A stretch of DNA of 64,000 nucleotides from NCBI GenBank assembly GCA_046563655.1, contig CM102286.1:11408001-11472000 (forward strand), given 5' to 3'. The notes under the pieces were generated by a model that was not told the origin of the DNA, did no database searches, and saw only the letters and a list, made by a program, of their open reading frames with translations. The stretch is from Yuukianura sp. NJ FZ-2021. Taxonomy: Eukaryota. Positions 1-13,769 of this stretch are shown here, one piece after another (position 1 is the stretch's first letter; each line of letters begins with the position of its first letter). The position numbers and the translations under genes are program-made.

Positions 1-87
1 CAGGTAAATGACGTTAACGAAAACTAGGCGGAGAACAACGCTTCTTCCTTACACATTTAAGAGTAATTTTTTTTTAAATTCTTGAAG

Positions 88-285
88 GGCTATATTCTAT
101 GCGTCCTCGACTATGAGTTCCACATCCTGGACAATGCTTTTTTAATTCATCGTCCTGGTATCAAGAGAACTGTGACAATTCCGTCCAAAACTCCAGTCGT
201 CTCACGCCAAAACACAGTAATCGCAAAAATAATACTTCCTGAGTTGAAGCAGCTTTTTGGAACAAGACCCGGTTGCTACGTATGA
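88..285 (+). CDS. Last exon of a beta-1,4-glucuronyltransferase 1 (B4GAT1/iGnT, GT49)-like gene; gene starts before the window
   Basis: GYILCVLDYEFHILDNAFLIHRPGIK matches the GT49 C-terminal motif. A GT-AG intron runs 4-87 and the stop is TGA at 283-285. Confidence 0.8.
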   Translation, partial: GYILCVLDYEFHILDNAFLIHRPGIKRTVTIPSKTPVVSRQNTVIAKIILPELKQLFGTRPGCYV

Positions 286-719
286 TAAGAGAACAACGCT
301 TCAGGCACGATGCACTTAACTACAACACTCCTCCGTCTCGGAAACTTTAACTATTTAGAAAGACAAAATGTGTCAAATATATCAAAGCAGTATCTACAGT
401 AAAGAGTAAAAGTTCTGGACACGTAAATGAGCTTATTTTTTCCGTTTCCACCTAAAACTCCCGTCTTCCGGCGTGAAGTCTGCGTACATCTAATCCTAAA
501 GATTACGACGACGGATGCATTGACGACCATTTGAAAACAAGAAACTGCGTTTTTTTTCTGTTCAAGCCGATGGTGCAGTGCGGCAAAATTTATATATTTA
601 TTATTAGGCAATTCTATGTTGACGCACCTAAGTACAGGAAAATAAGAAACGAAGGCATTGTGGTGAAACTCGGGATTTTGAGACAGCCTTCTCCAAAATA
701 TGTTCTGACGCCATGAGCT

Positions 720-2946
720 TTAGTGGGCGTTTGCATTGAATGGGCGCTTAGAAGGCGGTATCAGATGAACTGGCAACGTTTCAGGTAAGTCGTGTCCATC
801 TAACTTCACACTGATTAAATGCAGCGCCAGAGCGAACTCATCATTGTCAAGCATTCCATCCTTGTCGACATCCGCCAGCTTCCAAACCTGCAATAAATGA
901 TAATAAAAATCGCAATGAAGCTTTGTTCAAGAGGTTTAAGCCGATTAAATTAAGAGATCCTTCAATTCCGTTTATCTCATCGCGGGAAGATGTGAAGACT
1001 TGATTGAATTTCGTTCAAAAACCTTACCTTTGCCAACACTGTGTTTGGTAACTTTGACTTTTGCATCTCCTGTTTTGCCGCAGCACCCGACACCTTTCCA
1101 TCGGGACCACAGAGGCTTTCGAACACCCCGTCGTATTTCTCCTTGTCTTTATGAACGATCCATTCGGATTCCCCGCGACCTGCCTCGGCTCCTTCGAATT
1201 GCTTGAATCCAAATGGTGTCGTGGTGTCCTGATGTCCGGAGAAAACTCCTCCCTTGACATTGGTGGTCCCCTTACTTGCTGAAGTTATGTCTTCTAGTGG
1301 TATTTTTGCCATCAACTTGGCAATATCCAAGGCCAACATGGAATCAACTGCTTCAATTAACTTCGGCTTCATGATGTTGAATTTGGTAAAGTCTTGGTTC
1401 ATAAGTTCCGCCTAGGAAAAATTACAAATCACATGAGACTTTGACGACTAGTGTTTCTATTTACATCTTTTGCGGTACAATGTTACTGCAAAGCATTTCC
1501 TCAGAAATCTGAGAATCGATATCATTTAGTATGTATTTTAGTGTTTAGTGATGTAGCAACCTGCATCTTCTTAATGTCGGGGAAGTCTCCCGATGATATT
1601 TGGTGTTCTCTTTGGATCTGCGTGTAAATCTGATCTAATCCCTTGATCAGATCTTTCTTCTTGGAATCCTTACCGAAAACTGACGGCATGTCTTTACGCA
1701 GGGTACTTATAATATAGGCATGTACCTGAAAAATAATAAAATCCATATCACCTTAATAACAAAATGTAAATCAAACCTTCCTTTGAGAAGGTTTACCTTT
1801 GCAAGCCTAGCCCGTTTGATCAAATCATTGAGCTTGCGTAGTGCCGCATTGCGTGGAAGTTGTGACAAGTCCTGGAAAAGATCCTGCTCCTCCGCTTCGA
1901 ATAACCTGGAAACAAAGTGCTTTTGTACTACTCATCTTATCTCGTGGTAGTATTTGTATTTCAGAATTTCGTTACGCACTTTCTGTTTGAATCGTATCTC
2001 AAGGGTTGATCCCAAAATGATCCTATGTAAACTCGAGCAACTTCCGGCGTCTGCAATACTTTTCCCAAAGACCACATCAATGCACCGTAAACACGCATCA
2101 ATTGCTGGTGATCCACCATGTCGGCCTGAAAAAAAAATGAGCAAATGCTGTATAATTCAAAACGTGCATTGGGTATTTAGATATTTACATAGTATTTAAG
2201 TTGTAATTTGGTTACAAGGAAAGTATCTTGTTAGTCTGTTTGTTTATAATCGGGTTTTAAGTTGAAAGTCGGTTAGGCTATTGTACCTTATTCAGAATAA
2301 TCCGGATTTTATCATCGTGCCCTTTCAGTGCTTCAATTGACCGACGAAATTCATCCGAAATATCTAACTTGTGAGCATCGAAGAGCAGTATAATCCTATC
2401 CACTCTCTCAGCAAACCATTCAAGGATTCCCGTGAAGTCGTACCCCCGATCAACCCTTTGCTTCTCACCGGAAAGAATTCCAGGAGTATCCACAATCGAA
2501 ATACCTTTCAGCACCTCCGAGTTCACCATAGAACACTGGAATCTGTTCAGGAATGCGTTTCCAAATTTTGAAAGAGGTCTGAACTGTTTCTTGGGGTCAA
2601 CCACCAAGGCGTTTCCAGGAACGATTCCGTCTTTCTCTCCATACATCACAGCAATAAAGCTATCCGTAGTTGGTTCGGGTCCTATTCGGATGCCTGGAAA
2701 GTCACGTTCCAGTAAATAACGGATGAACGTCGTCTTTCCAGTGGAATATTGTCCAACCAGCATAATCATCGGCTTCGCATCGAAGTCGGGATCATCCAAT
2801 GCTGGAGAATGGAAGTCATGGAAATTGTAAGCAGTCTCCAACGGCAGTAGTTTAGTTTTGTAAATGTGCCTAAGTTCACTGGCCACATTCTCGAAAACTT
2901 CGGCCGTTTTCCGTTTAGAATCATCATTGGTTAGCCAGCTGAACAT
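720..2946 (-). CDS. EHD1: EH domain-containing protein (EHD1/Past1). Exons: 2946-2287, 2125-1980, 1905-1797, 1725-1561, 1411-1028, 887-720
   Basis: MFSW start, P-loop [20 protein letters not shown], and a C-terminal EH domain ([24 protein letters not shown]). GT-AG junctions keep the frame. Confidence 0.96.
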
Positions 2947-5912
2947 TTTTCTCGGTTATCCTGTGGAAAACAAAATTCACAAATTATAATTCAAACATAT
3001 ACATACTCTCAATACAAAAAGTGATTGTGAAGAGGTATAGCGAAAGCAACACATATGTTCTTATGTCAAATTTCAAATATAAGTTGAGTAATCAATATTG
3101 AATAGTCGATACTGACAACGCCCCCCTCGGTTACATCCGCAGCCTTCCGTCGTAAGTTTTCTTTACACAAATAGGAGAAATTGGACTGCAATATGTCTTC
3201 AACACAAATATTATTCGTTTCTAAATATTGTCTACAGAATTTCAAAGGGCTTACAAATCAATGTGATGTTTACAATCTCCGTTTTCCAAGATTTCGTCCT
3301 TGGTTGGAATCCGGAACCGTATGGATGGAAAAAATTACTGAATGAGATAACACCAGAAAAAGGCGTGACTAATCGTCATTTCGTCATAAAAGCAGATACT
3401 GCCGTTGCCGTATAGCATTTACGGGGGTTTATGTTTCATTTATCTTTTTTTTCAACCGCAGCTTTACTGCTATGTCGCAGGCTTACCAGGGAAGTCTGTG
3501 ATCGTCTAACATAATCGGTGCATCGAAACTCTCTGACTCTTCCTCTTTGGAGTTAATTTAGGAAAGCGTTGTTGGCTCATTTCGGAGGGATAAGAATTTT
3601 CATTATTTTCCGAATTCTAAATTAATAGGATCAGGATGATGTTAAAATCCCTAACTTGTCGAAAGAGCTTTATGAAATGATTGGGTACACCACTGGGACG
3701 TAAAGTTTACTTCAACGACGTTGGAAGTTAAATTTGACTTCGTTCAAAGGGGGAAACTTTTTGCAGTTATGCGCATGTAGGTGTCTTTTCTCTACGGGCA
3801 AAGTGCAAGTGGATATTTGTAATGTAAATTCTATTTTTTTTATATGTAGGAATCATCGGCCGGCACATTCGGCTCGGCATCGGCTAGGATGGCGTTTCCT
3901 CCGAATGAAGTTGACTTCCCCTCGTCACTGCTTTTTAGCAGGATCCATCCCGTTCCAACTTCCACCTCTGCTTAAATCGTGGAGAATTGGAACGCGCTCA
4001 CCATGGTTCGGTTTCTAATTGCCAATTTTTATTTTGTTAATTAAATTATTTAACTTTTTATTACCGTTTACCGTATAGTAACGGCAAGAAATTAATAGAG
4101 AACAGTGTTTTGCTGGGCATAACATTCGGAAACGATCAAAATCGTTTTTGACATACTACAAACTTAATACAAACTAATTAGGTTGATTTTTTAACTTCAA
4201 GTAATTTGTCTGACATAATTTTTCACCAAAGTTTTACAGCTTTATAAGTCATAGCCAATTTTTTTTTTTGAAACTGAAACTTCAAAAAAAAAAGATGGTT
4301 CGCATAATTCGTTTAGTGTTATTAACATAGTGGCTCCCATATTTCTCAAAAAAATTTATTGCACTTTCTAAAAGTCCAAAAGAAAACAGTCGTTAAAGAT
4401 TAACATCAAGTTTCGCCGACGGAGTAAACGAATTGAGCTTCCGATTATCCGATTGTAGCACTGTTAAGGGTAAACAAAACTGTAGGAATTTGCTCAAATA
4501 TAAATAGAAAACGATTGTTGATTAATGACGTAAGATAGATGACGGATGAAATACATCCTTTGAATAACTATTTGCATTTAGATGTTAATCATTGTTCGAT
4601 ACGACCGACCGCGCTGGAAAGTATCATGTCGATAGTGATGTGACGTTCACAAATTTTGTCGAGCCGAAATTTTACATGTGTGGGAGTAAGTAAGTCCACT
4701 TCCTCTCCTTTCGGAAACTGAGACTACCCTCCTGTCCTGTCCTATCCTTACAAATGATCCGTGTCGCTGATAATTGATAACTCGGAATTCTTCCTTCACC
4801 GTTGTGCTAGTGTATATAGGTATAGGTAGTCCAGGTCATCAAGAAGATGGTCAAGTTAAGAGTTGTAAACATGTACAGATTGGAAGTCACTAGTTAGAAA
4901 CTGGGTTTACGGTTACTTAAGTTCCCATAGTTCAATTTCAATAGCTGAAAAAACTCCGAATTTGATTTTGGACAGATCTAGCCGCAACTGATTTCCCAAT
5001 TCAGTGAAAGGATTCGGTGTTGTTCAGTTTCCCCAGTCGGCCGGACCTCAGGAAGCGTACTGTATTCTTTCAGGCCTACGCAAGGAACGACATTACTACC
5101 ACCTTCGAGTCATGATATGGCGATGAATCTATGCCTGACCTTCCTTCAATTAAATTTTTACTACATAGAGCGCTGATGCTCGGGAACTAACGGGAACTTG
5201 CAATGGTATATAACAGATTTCCATACATTTACCTTCCATACATTTACCAAGCAAAACCAAACTTACAAGAGCTGTGTAATATTTTTTAGGTTTTTCTGTT
5301 TAGTTAATTTAGAGACTCCCATCATCACTGTCAATTACCAATCATCGTCGACAGGCGAGAAAGCAACGTAGTCAACGCATACCAACCTCTGTTGTTTTTG
5401 GGAAAGAATACTGCTGAAGTACGAGTAACTGAATACTAAATAGGATATCTTATACTTTAGAGGCAAACGTGGAGCACCTGACTGAACTGAAGGTACGTTA
5501 TTTTGAATTTTAACGTCTCACTCAATAGTTGGTAAATTGATTGGCAAATATTATCTATCCTCTTAATTCCAATTATTGATCCGCCCAGGTCTCAGCGCTT
5601 TGGTTAGATCAAAAAATAATCTAGTCATTAGCGGAACAACTTTCAATGGTCATTTTTTTTGGGTTGTCCATCCATGGGTTATGCTAGACAAAAAAAAATC
5701 AACTATAAATCAAACTAGCCAACTGTCGCAATTTGTTGGCTAAACATATGTAGTAAACCTTACATTTTTTAAATTACAGGATTTCTTGTGGAGTATCGTT
5801 AAATTGGGGTAAGCTATATAGCATCAACGAAAAGGTGAAGACACTACAGACTACTAACTGATACGAACACAACTGTTGTACCTTCGCGATCAGTTGACAA
5901 TTCGCCAGGACA

Positions 5913-8301
5913 ATGAAACCATCAACTAACGACGGTGAGTTAATAACTCACTGAGTTATGTCCGTCTCTTGGAACGAAGATTTTATGATTTTGTTAATAA
6001 ACCTGGTAATTTACATCTAGACGACTCCAAGGATGGGAATCACACTCGGAGTTCGGAGTTAGTACATCCCAAGCCACATTTCTTGAAGCCGAACCACTTA
6101 GAGTCGATCGCAACTTCGAATGCAACTTTCTTAGACCGAATTGACCCATTTGCAAAGAGGTCTCTAAGGAAAAATAAGAAGCGCTCACAAGGATCCTCAA
6201 GATACCACCAGGCAGGCGATGCTGATTATGTACCTTTACCGCCTTTCAAAGGTATGGCCACGGTCTACAATTTCTTATCTGGGGTGACTTAGAGTTTATG
6301 TAGAAATACAAACTAAATGCGAACGCATAACGTCGAAACTTTCTTCATTTTCAATCTTTTGGTTCTGTAGATGTTCCTGTTGGAGAACATGAAGAGTTAT
6401 TCATCCGGAAGTTACAACAGTGTTGTTTTTCATTTGACTTCCTTGATCCTGTGGCTGATTTGAAAGGGAAGGAAATCAAACGCGCGACCCTGAATGAGTT
6501 GGTGGACTACATTACGGCCAATCGAAGCGTTCTTACCGAATCTAGTTATCCAGAAATAATTCGAATGGTAACCTACCATATCCGATCTACTTTTATTGGG
6601 AATTGCATGTACATGTACTTATGCATCATTATCATACGTTACGTTATGATACGTCTGTATCATAACGTGGTAAATGGAAAAGGAAGACAATTTGTATTTT
6701 AATATTCCTTACAGATAGCCCACAACTTATTCCGTGCATTGCCTCCTAGTGACAATCCTGACTTTGACCCAGAAGAAGATGATCCAACTTTTGAGGCATC
6801 TTGGCCTCATTTACAGGTTAGCCTTGGTCATGGTCTCACAATAAAGTTTTTGATCCTAATACTAACTAATTTGTGTTAGCTGGTGTATGAGTTTTTCTTG
6901 CGGTTCCTGGAGTCGCCAGATTTTCAGCCGAGCATAGGGAAGAAAGTCATCGATCAGAAGTTTGTATTACAGGTAAGTCAAAGGATAGTAAGTTCAGAAT
7001 GATTAAACCTGGAAATCAGTATGTTTATGTCATGTAATCTGTTTCTCCTAGTTGCTGGAGCTTTTTGACAGTGAAGATCCAAGGGAACGGGACTTCCTCA
7101 AAACAGTACTTCACAGAATCTACGGGAAATTCTTGGGTCTGCGGGCATTCATTCGGAAGCAGATTAATAACATCTTCCTCCGGTTCATATATGAGACGGA
7201 GCATTTCAACGGTGTTGGAGAACTGCTGGAGATCTTGGGGAGCATTATTAATGGCTTTGCACTCCCCCTCAAGCTTGAGCACAAACAATTCCTTGTCAAA
7301 GTCCTCATCCCTCTTCACAAGGTAGTACTATTATCCCTCAACTTTGGAAAACTAAAATGTTTAGTGCCGATATTACGTTTGGTTTTTTTGAATACAGGTG
7401 AGATGCCTTGCGTTGTATCACGCTCAATTGGCATATTGTGTAGTGCAGTTCCTGGAAAAAGATGCCACATTAACTGAGCCAGTTGTTCTCGGTCTTCTCA
7501 AATTTTGGCCGAAGACGTGCTCTCAAAAAGAAGTGAGTTGCGGTCTAAGATCCTATTTTAGTTAATAGTTGCCGTGTCGCGTTAATCATACAGTAGCATT
7601 ATGTATATAATACAGTTGTTCTTGATTTTTGATTAAACTGATTATTTGTTATCAAATAGGTCATGTTCTTGGGGGAGATTGAAGAAATACTGGATGTCAT
7701 CGAACCGACTCAGTTCGTCAAGATACAGGAACCTCTATTCAGACAAACCTCTCGTTGTGTTTCCAGCCCGCATTTCCAGGTTTAACATACAGCTGAACTT
7801 GGAATTTATATAGATTATCATTAATGTTTTGCGTTTATAGGTGGCTGAAAGAGCTTTATATTTTTGGAACAACGAGTACATAATGTCACTCATTGAAGAG
7901 AATAACTCGGTAATAATGCCAGTGATGTTTCCAGCACTGTACCGAATATCAAAAGAACATTGGAACCAAACAATTGTCTCTTTAGTCTACAATGTTCTGA
8001 AGACTTTTATGGAAATGAACTCTGAACTATTCAACAGTCTCACAACCTCTTATAAGGCGGAGCGACAAAAGTACGTGGATAACTTAAACTTAATAGTTGA
8101 AGTTGCCAGGTCGGATTTTTACAACTGATTCTGTTTTTTTTTTACAGAGAAAAGAAGAAAGAGAAGGAGAGGGATGAGCTATGGAAACGCCTCGCGGAAT
8201 TAGAGATTACACATAGACATGAGCAAGACACCGTATTCAGTAACAACACCAATGCCCTTTCTCAACCGCTTGGTACCAGATCAGGTCCATCGTCAACATA
8301 A
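5913..8301 (+). CDS. PP2A 56-kDa regulatory subunit (B'/B56, PPP2R5 family), multi-exon
   Basis: [58 protein letters not shown]. Spliced frame ends at TAA 8299-8301. The start ATG at 5913 is inferred. Confidence 0.95.
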
Positions 8302-9332
8302 GAATTGTAATGTTAGCTTTATTACAAACTATTTAGTTGAACCATGATGATAAATGTCATGAAAGAGTCATGTTACGTTACAACACTTCTGGCCGTATAT
8401 AAGTCGTGAAGCCAAGTACTTTATTGAACATTTCGACCATGGAGCAAAAAACGACAACACCTAACATCGAAACATCGAACGAGAAATATTTAACACATCG
8501 TCGATATTTCTTGGGCAAGTGAGAAAGTGCAATGTTGGTTGGACAAATCCGAACTTGGCATTACAAGGCAGGAACCACCGGAATTATTTATTGTTTCGCT
8601 TTGTTCTGTTTTTTGATTTTGACCACTGAAGCATTAGTGCGTTTCCTTTGCTCAGACGCTGAATATGTTTCACACTATTCGGTGACTTTGAAGCTTGACC
8701 TGTCCGTCTATCTAATTGAGTTAATTAGTGCCATGCTTGCTAAAGTTTACAATGACTTAGTTAACTCTAATTAGGTTGATTAGATCATAGTACGAAACAC
8801 TGTTATTGTAATGCTAATTTCAGTTTCGCCAGGAAAAGCGGTAACTGGCAACTGAGTAGCGCATGGGTTATTGAACCATGACTGATTTACACAGTAATAA
8901 CACACGTTCGAAAACAAGACAGAGCTCAAAGATTCCAGTTTATTTATTAAGCGTGCTCCAATCTTAAAATGGGCATGGACAGACAGACGGTGTCTTCGTA
9001 AGTCGTATCAATAGTCTTCTTTACCATGTCGTGGACATGTGTCTGACGTGGGTTCGAACCCGCGTCCCACTCCGAAGGAGAGAAAACGGAAGTCGAATTC
9101 GACGTTCTACTAAATAATGTACATAATACGTATTTAGGACGTCGATTAAACGTTTTCTCAGCTATGCGCCGCAAATCTATGACTTTTACAGTAGTGAGGT
9201 CTACCTAAAAACTAATAGTAAGCTTTACGGTATTCGTTGTAGTAAAGTGGAACTTTTATTCAACTTCTTCTTTAATAATAACGTATCATTAAATCTTCAT
9301 TACAAATAGTGATTGAATTAATTAGTTAGACA

Positions 9333-10625
9333 TCAATCCAGCGTCATTGTCTCCACATTCGAGGATTGCCGTGATTCACTTTGGGAAAAAGCAGCTAACA
9401 AGTTGTCCATCAACCCGTTTCCTTTTTCATTTTTAGGGATTTTGAATACGATGTTTCCAAGCGACAGAAATAAACGAAGCACTTTCGGATCACGGTTGAG
9501 ACTAGGCCAGTATATCTGCTTCAAAGACAAGTAGGCTGCTGTTTCGTGCCTGCATGAGAAACAAACGTTCCTTTGGTATCAATTGGAAGAAATAAACGAG
9601 GTTACTTACGATTTGCAGGCGTCAATAGTAAATCTCATCCCATTAACCAGGGGAGTTACTGATGTCATATGTGCAGTGAGTCCAACGAATAATGCTTCTG
9701 CTTCAGCTAGCCGATTTTCGGCGAGGAAGGATAGGATTAGGATGGCAAGTACTAAATCCTGCTCTTCCTTGAGTACCGCCGCTTTCGAGATGATCCGCAG
9801 GGTCATTTCCACAATCGCATGTGAATCATGGATCCGAAGTATGTGCTTCCAAGCCTCTTGATACGTGTCTTCTATAAATAAAATAATATCTTTACTGATT
9901 TCAGAAGACCAAAAAAGAAGAAGAAAAGAAAAACGATACCTTCGAGGTAGATACCAGCGACGGTGTAGTTAAACTGGCCACTGAGCGATGCATTTTCAGC
10001 ATCAGCTAACCAGGTAATGGCATTTCCAATAAATTTCATCCTATCAGGGGAACTGCGCATCTTCTTTACAAGCCTAGACAAATGAAAACCATATTTAGAT
10101 CAATTAGAGTTCGCTTTAATCTCATTCCAAGGATAAACAGTCATAATTTTAGTCATCACGGATTTTAGTCCTAACAAACGTGATTGCACGGTGATAATGA
10201 CGACTCAACACAACATTTAAGCAATTCCGGCGTAATCACTTTACACAAAGTTGTACTTAACAAACTGACCTTGATAGAATACTGATTCGGGTCCCGTCTG
10301 CGATGATCTTCTTCTCCAGGTACAAACTCGCCAGCATGTTACCAACATCTGTACCACTTTCATATTGATCGGCTTCCAGAAGTAAATTTGCTACTTTAAC
10401 AAGCGTGGCCTCGAGCTCTAATATTTTATTACAGCTTTGATACCTAAAATAAACGGAGACCGTGTGCATCTACTCTATTCCAGATTGTAGACTAAATTGT
10501 ATACAATACCTGAAATTAATTGTTCGCATGAGTTGATGGGCTTCATAATACTTCTTCCCTATCAGGGCTTCCTCCAGTTTCAGTATTAGACGTCCTGTTC
10601 CGCCGTCTCCAGAACCTGAAGTCAT
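9333..10625 (-). CDS. GET4: Golgi to ER traffic protein 4 homologue, multi-exon
   Basis: N-terminal YYEAHQLMRTINFRY, SGTDVGNML, EQDLVLAILILSFL, and C-terminal YWPSLNRDP...GLMDNLL are GET4-like. Confidence 0.8.
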
Positions 10626-11396
10626 CCTAGCCCTTTTTGGTTCAATTTTGTTCAATTCGTTGGTGATAGGGTCGAGTACTAGGACTTTATCGGTTTAGTT
10701 AACAGGAAACTCGAAATTACGACGACTATCACTGTGCTACGTCACTTACTAGTAACTGCTAAAATTTAGTTAAAGAAATAGCCCGAGTCAGTCGAGGGGT
10801 TTTTTTGGATGATTTGGGGTTCTGTGAATCCTCTGACTTTACTCACAAAGTCGTCCAAGCTAGGTAACGTGCGCGCAGCTTACGGCGATTGTATTTTAGA
10901 GTGATTTCATAGGGGGAATGCGAAGCGTCTGAATTTACAACCCTCTCAAGGTTGGTGTAAAGTTTAATGTCCATCATTGTAGTAGCACATTGTATCGTAT
11001 CCAGTGTTTAGACTTTAGGTTAAGTCAAGTGGCTATACAAGAGTTGACAGTCATATGTCGCCACAAGAGGTGGCTGCCGTTTATGAAAACTGGCAGCAGA
11101 TTACCTTGGGTGGCAGCTCGATGGCTAAACTAATGTACTAGCAATTAGAAAGTACCATAGAGTTGATGAAAAATTATGTAGGCTGTTGACCAACAATCAT
11201 ATATACGGGTTATTCCTTGCAATTTGATTTTAATGTGTGGGTTAACTGTAGATAAAATCAAACAATTACTAATTAAATTATGTTAAAGCAAAAACTGAAA
11301 AATAAATCGTAAATTTTTGCTTGATCAAAAAATTGTTCCCTCTGTAACAGTAAAGCGTAGTGAAATAGCCTGGCTGAAGAAAATGAATATTTTCTG

Positions 11397-12631
11397 TTAC
11401 ATTTCAATAATTGTCCGAATGGATTTGCCGTTGACCAACAATTCGACACCTTCGTTGATCTTGGACAATGGAAGCCTATGCGTCACCAGTTTCCCAGCTC
11501 CATCCAACCGTCCGTTCTCAATCTCCCGAATTAAAATGTCAATTCCGTCCCTAGCCTTGTAGCCACCGTACAAACCCCCGTTACCGTCTGACCCATCAGC
11601 AACTTCTCAGCCAGCATAGGAACTTGGACTCCCGGTTGATACAGTCCCACCACCACCAAAGTACCCCATGGGGCAAGCAACTTCTGCGCCTGTTCCAAAC
11701 ATTCCGGCGACCCCGTGCATTCAAATGCATAGTCCAATCCAGTTTGACCTTTCAACGCTTCCATGACATTTTCCGCTCCAATTTCCTTGGCATTGAGGGT
11801 GTCAGTTGCACCCAACTCCAGAGCGAGGTCCAGTTTGTGTTTGTGTTTGTCAATGGCAAAAATCTTGGCAGCACCGCCTGCTTTGCAACCGATAACAATG
11901 CACTGGCCGACGGCTCCCATTCCCCAGACGGCGCATGTACTCCCCTTTTCCACCTTGGCAAGTTTCATAGCACTTCCATAGCCAGTTGCAATGCAGCATC
12001 CCATCAGAGCAGCGACATCTAGTGGAATGGAATCCGGAACTTTGCAAACCATCGTTTCTTCCACCACTGCGTATTCCGCAAAAGCCCCACCAGTCATCGT
12101 CAGAAGGGGAGTTCCGTCTTCAACGAGCTTCACTCTAGAAGTTCCGTCCTTCCGGACCACCGACGTCTCCAGGTTCCCCGACATGCAGAAGTTGGTCATT
12201 GGTTTCCCTTTACAGAGGAGGCACTCGCTACACATTGGCATCCACAGCAGAATGACATGGTCACCCTGCTTGACCTTTGACACGCCTGACCCAACAGACT
12301 CAACGATTCCTGCTCCCTCGTGCCCAGGAATAACGAGACCTTCTATTCCTTTGAATTCTGTGAAAAATAACAATAACTGAAAGAATCTCATAAAATCTAA
12401 AAATGTTGGACGTTAGAAGAAATATTTTAGATGCATATAAATTAGAATTGCTTTACTTGCACCACCACGTTCAATTCCCTTTATAGAATACAAGTCAGAG
12501 CGGCATAGTCCAGTGGCCTTCATTTTGATCCGAACTTCTCCTGCCTTGGGCGGTTCAAAATTTACGTCCACCACTCGGAGGGGAGCGTCCTGAGAAAATA
12601 CGGCGGCGGCCTTTCCTTGGATAGTTGCCAT
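11397..12631 (-). CDS. Zinc-dependent alcohol dehydrogenase (MDR family). Exons 12631-12457 and 12357-11397, with an apparent 1-bp frameshift at 11575-11579
   Basis: GLCRSD, GHEGAG, structural-Zn CxxCxxC...C, GMGAVG. The C-terminus (LYGGYKARDGID...GKSIRTIIEM*) continues in another frame. Confidence 0.9.
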
Positions 12632-13769
12632 GATTTGTTAATTTTGAGAATACTTTTTTGAAACTATTAAGGTTTTTAACTTTTCGTTTTTCAAAAGCTT
12701 GGTGATTTAAAGTTGCGCACAGTTGATATCGACGGAAATCAGTGACAAGCTGAAGCGGAGGTTACTGCGGACTATATGTACAATCAGATTCTGAAATCTG
12801 TGCAAATTAATTAAGTTGAGTTTTCTCACGCTACATTCGGGGTTGATATACGTCATAAGAATTAAAACTCAAACAATGTTTTACTTAAATTCCCCATGTT
12901 GTTGTTCTTTTGACAGGTTGGCCTTCTGGTGATACAAATCATCCTTCACTGTAATCCCACAATGCTAATTATTTGCTTAAGTAGTCTCCAAAGACGTGTG
13001 ATGAACTTAAAACCTCTGATAATAATTCTCATTTTCGAAAAAGTAAAATAAAATAAAATGAAGGTCGCAAATTTTTTTTTATTTCAAGGTCATATTCCCA
13101 TTCGTTATTTTTTTTTTATATATTTCTGGTTTTAGATTAGATATAACATAATAACCTAGAGATGCCGTAGAATTTGAGGTGTAATAACACGGTGTAATTA
13201 CACCTTGGCTACAGCTTTTTTCAATAATTAAAAAAAAACAAGAATAATAATTCTTATTTCACAACGCCAAAAGAAGATAATTCTTTTTTCGGTTGCCACT
13301 TTACGAACGATTAGATATTCAGCGACGCGTAACTTAGTCCTTGAATTCCTCAATTCCATTATTCTGTGCAAGATTTCCTAACGTTGGTTTTGGAAGATTC
13401 CTCGGCCAAATGAAGCATTGTTTAAGTATATTCTGTCCAGCACAATAAATTTAATTAATGCTTCGAAATAACTCAAATATGATAAGTTTTCAAGCACGCA
13501 CACACTTTATATCAGCGTGTACTTCATTTTAAGTAACTTACACAATCATGTTTTGGTGAGTGTATCACAGATTGATCAGATCAGAAAAGCCATTGACTAA
13601 ATCATAGTTTCGGAATGCCCAGTTGGCTTATCAGTCTGATAACATTTGATTCTGTTGTCTAAAAACTGCAATCCCTTGTAGTATTTATAATATGAGGAAG
13701 CAATTTGTCCAAGAATTCCCAAAGAGCTGATTTCATCGACACAAAGTAAAACACAGGTTTCTGCTTACC

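Noticed and set aside
3851..4005. Alternative coding first exon of PP2A-B56
   Set aside because: The short ORF stops, and no donor gives the phase needed for the 6021 exon. Probably UTR.
9040..9070. tRNA gene suggested by GGTTCGAACCC
   Set aside because: The loop geometry is wrong and I found no acceptor, D or anticodon arms on either strand. Kept only as a structured-RNA candidate.
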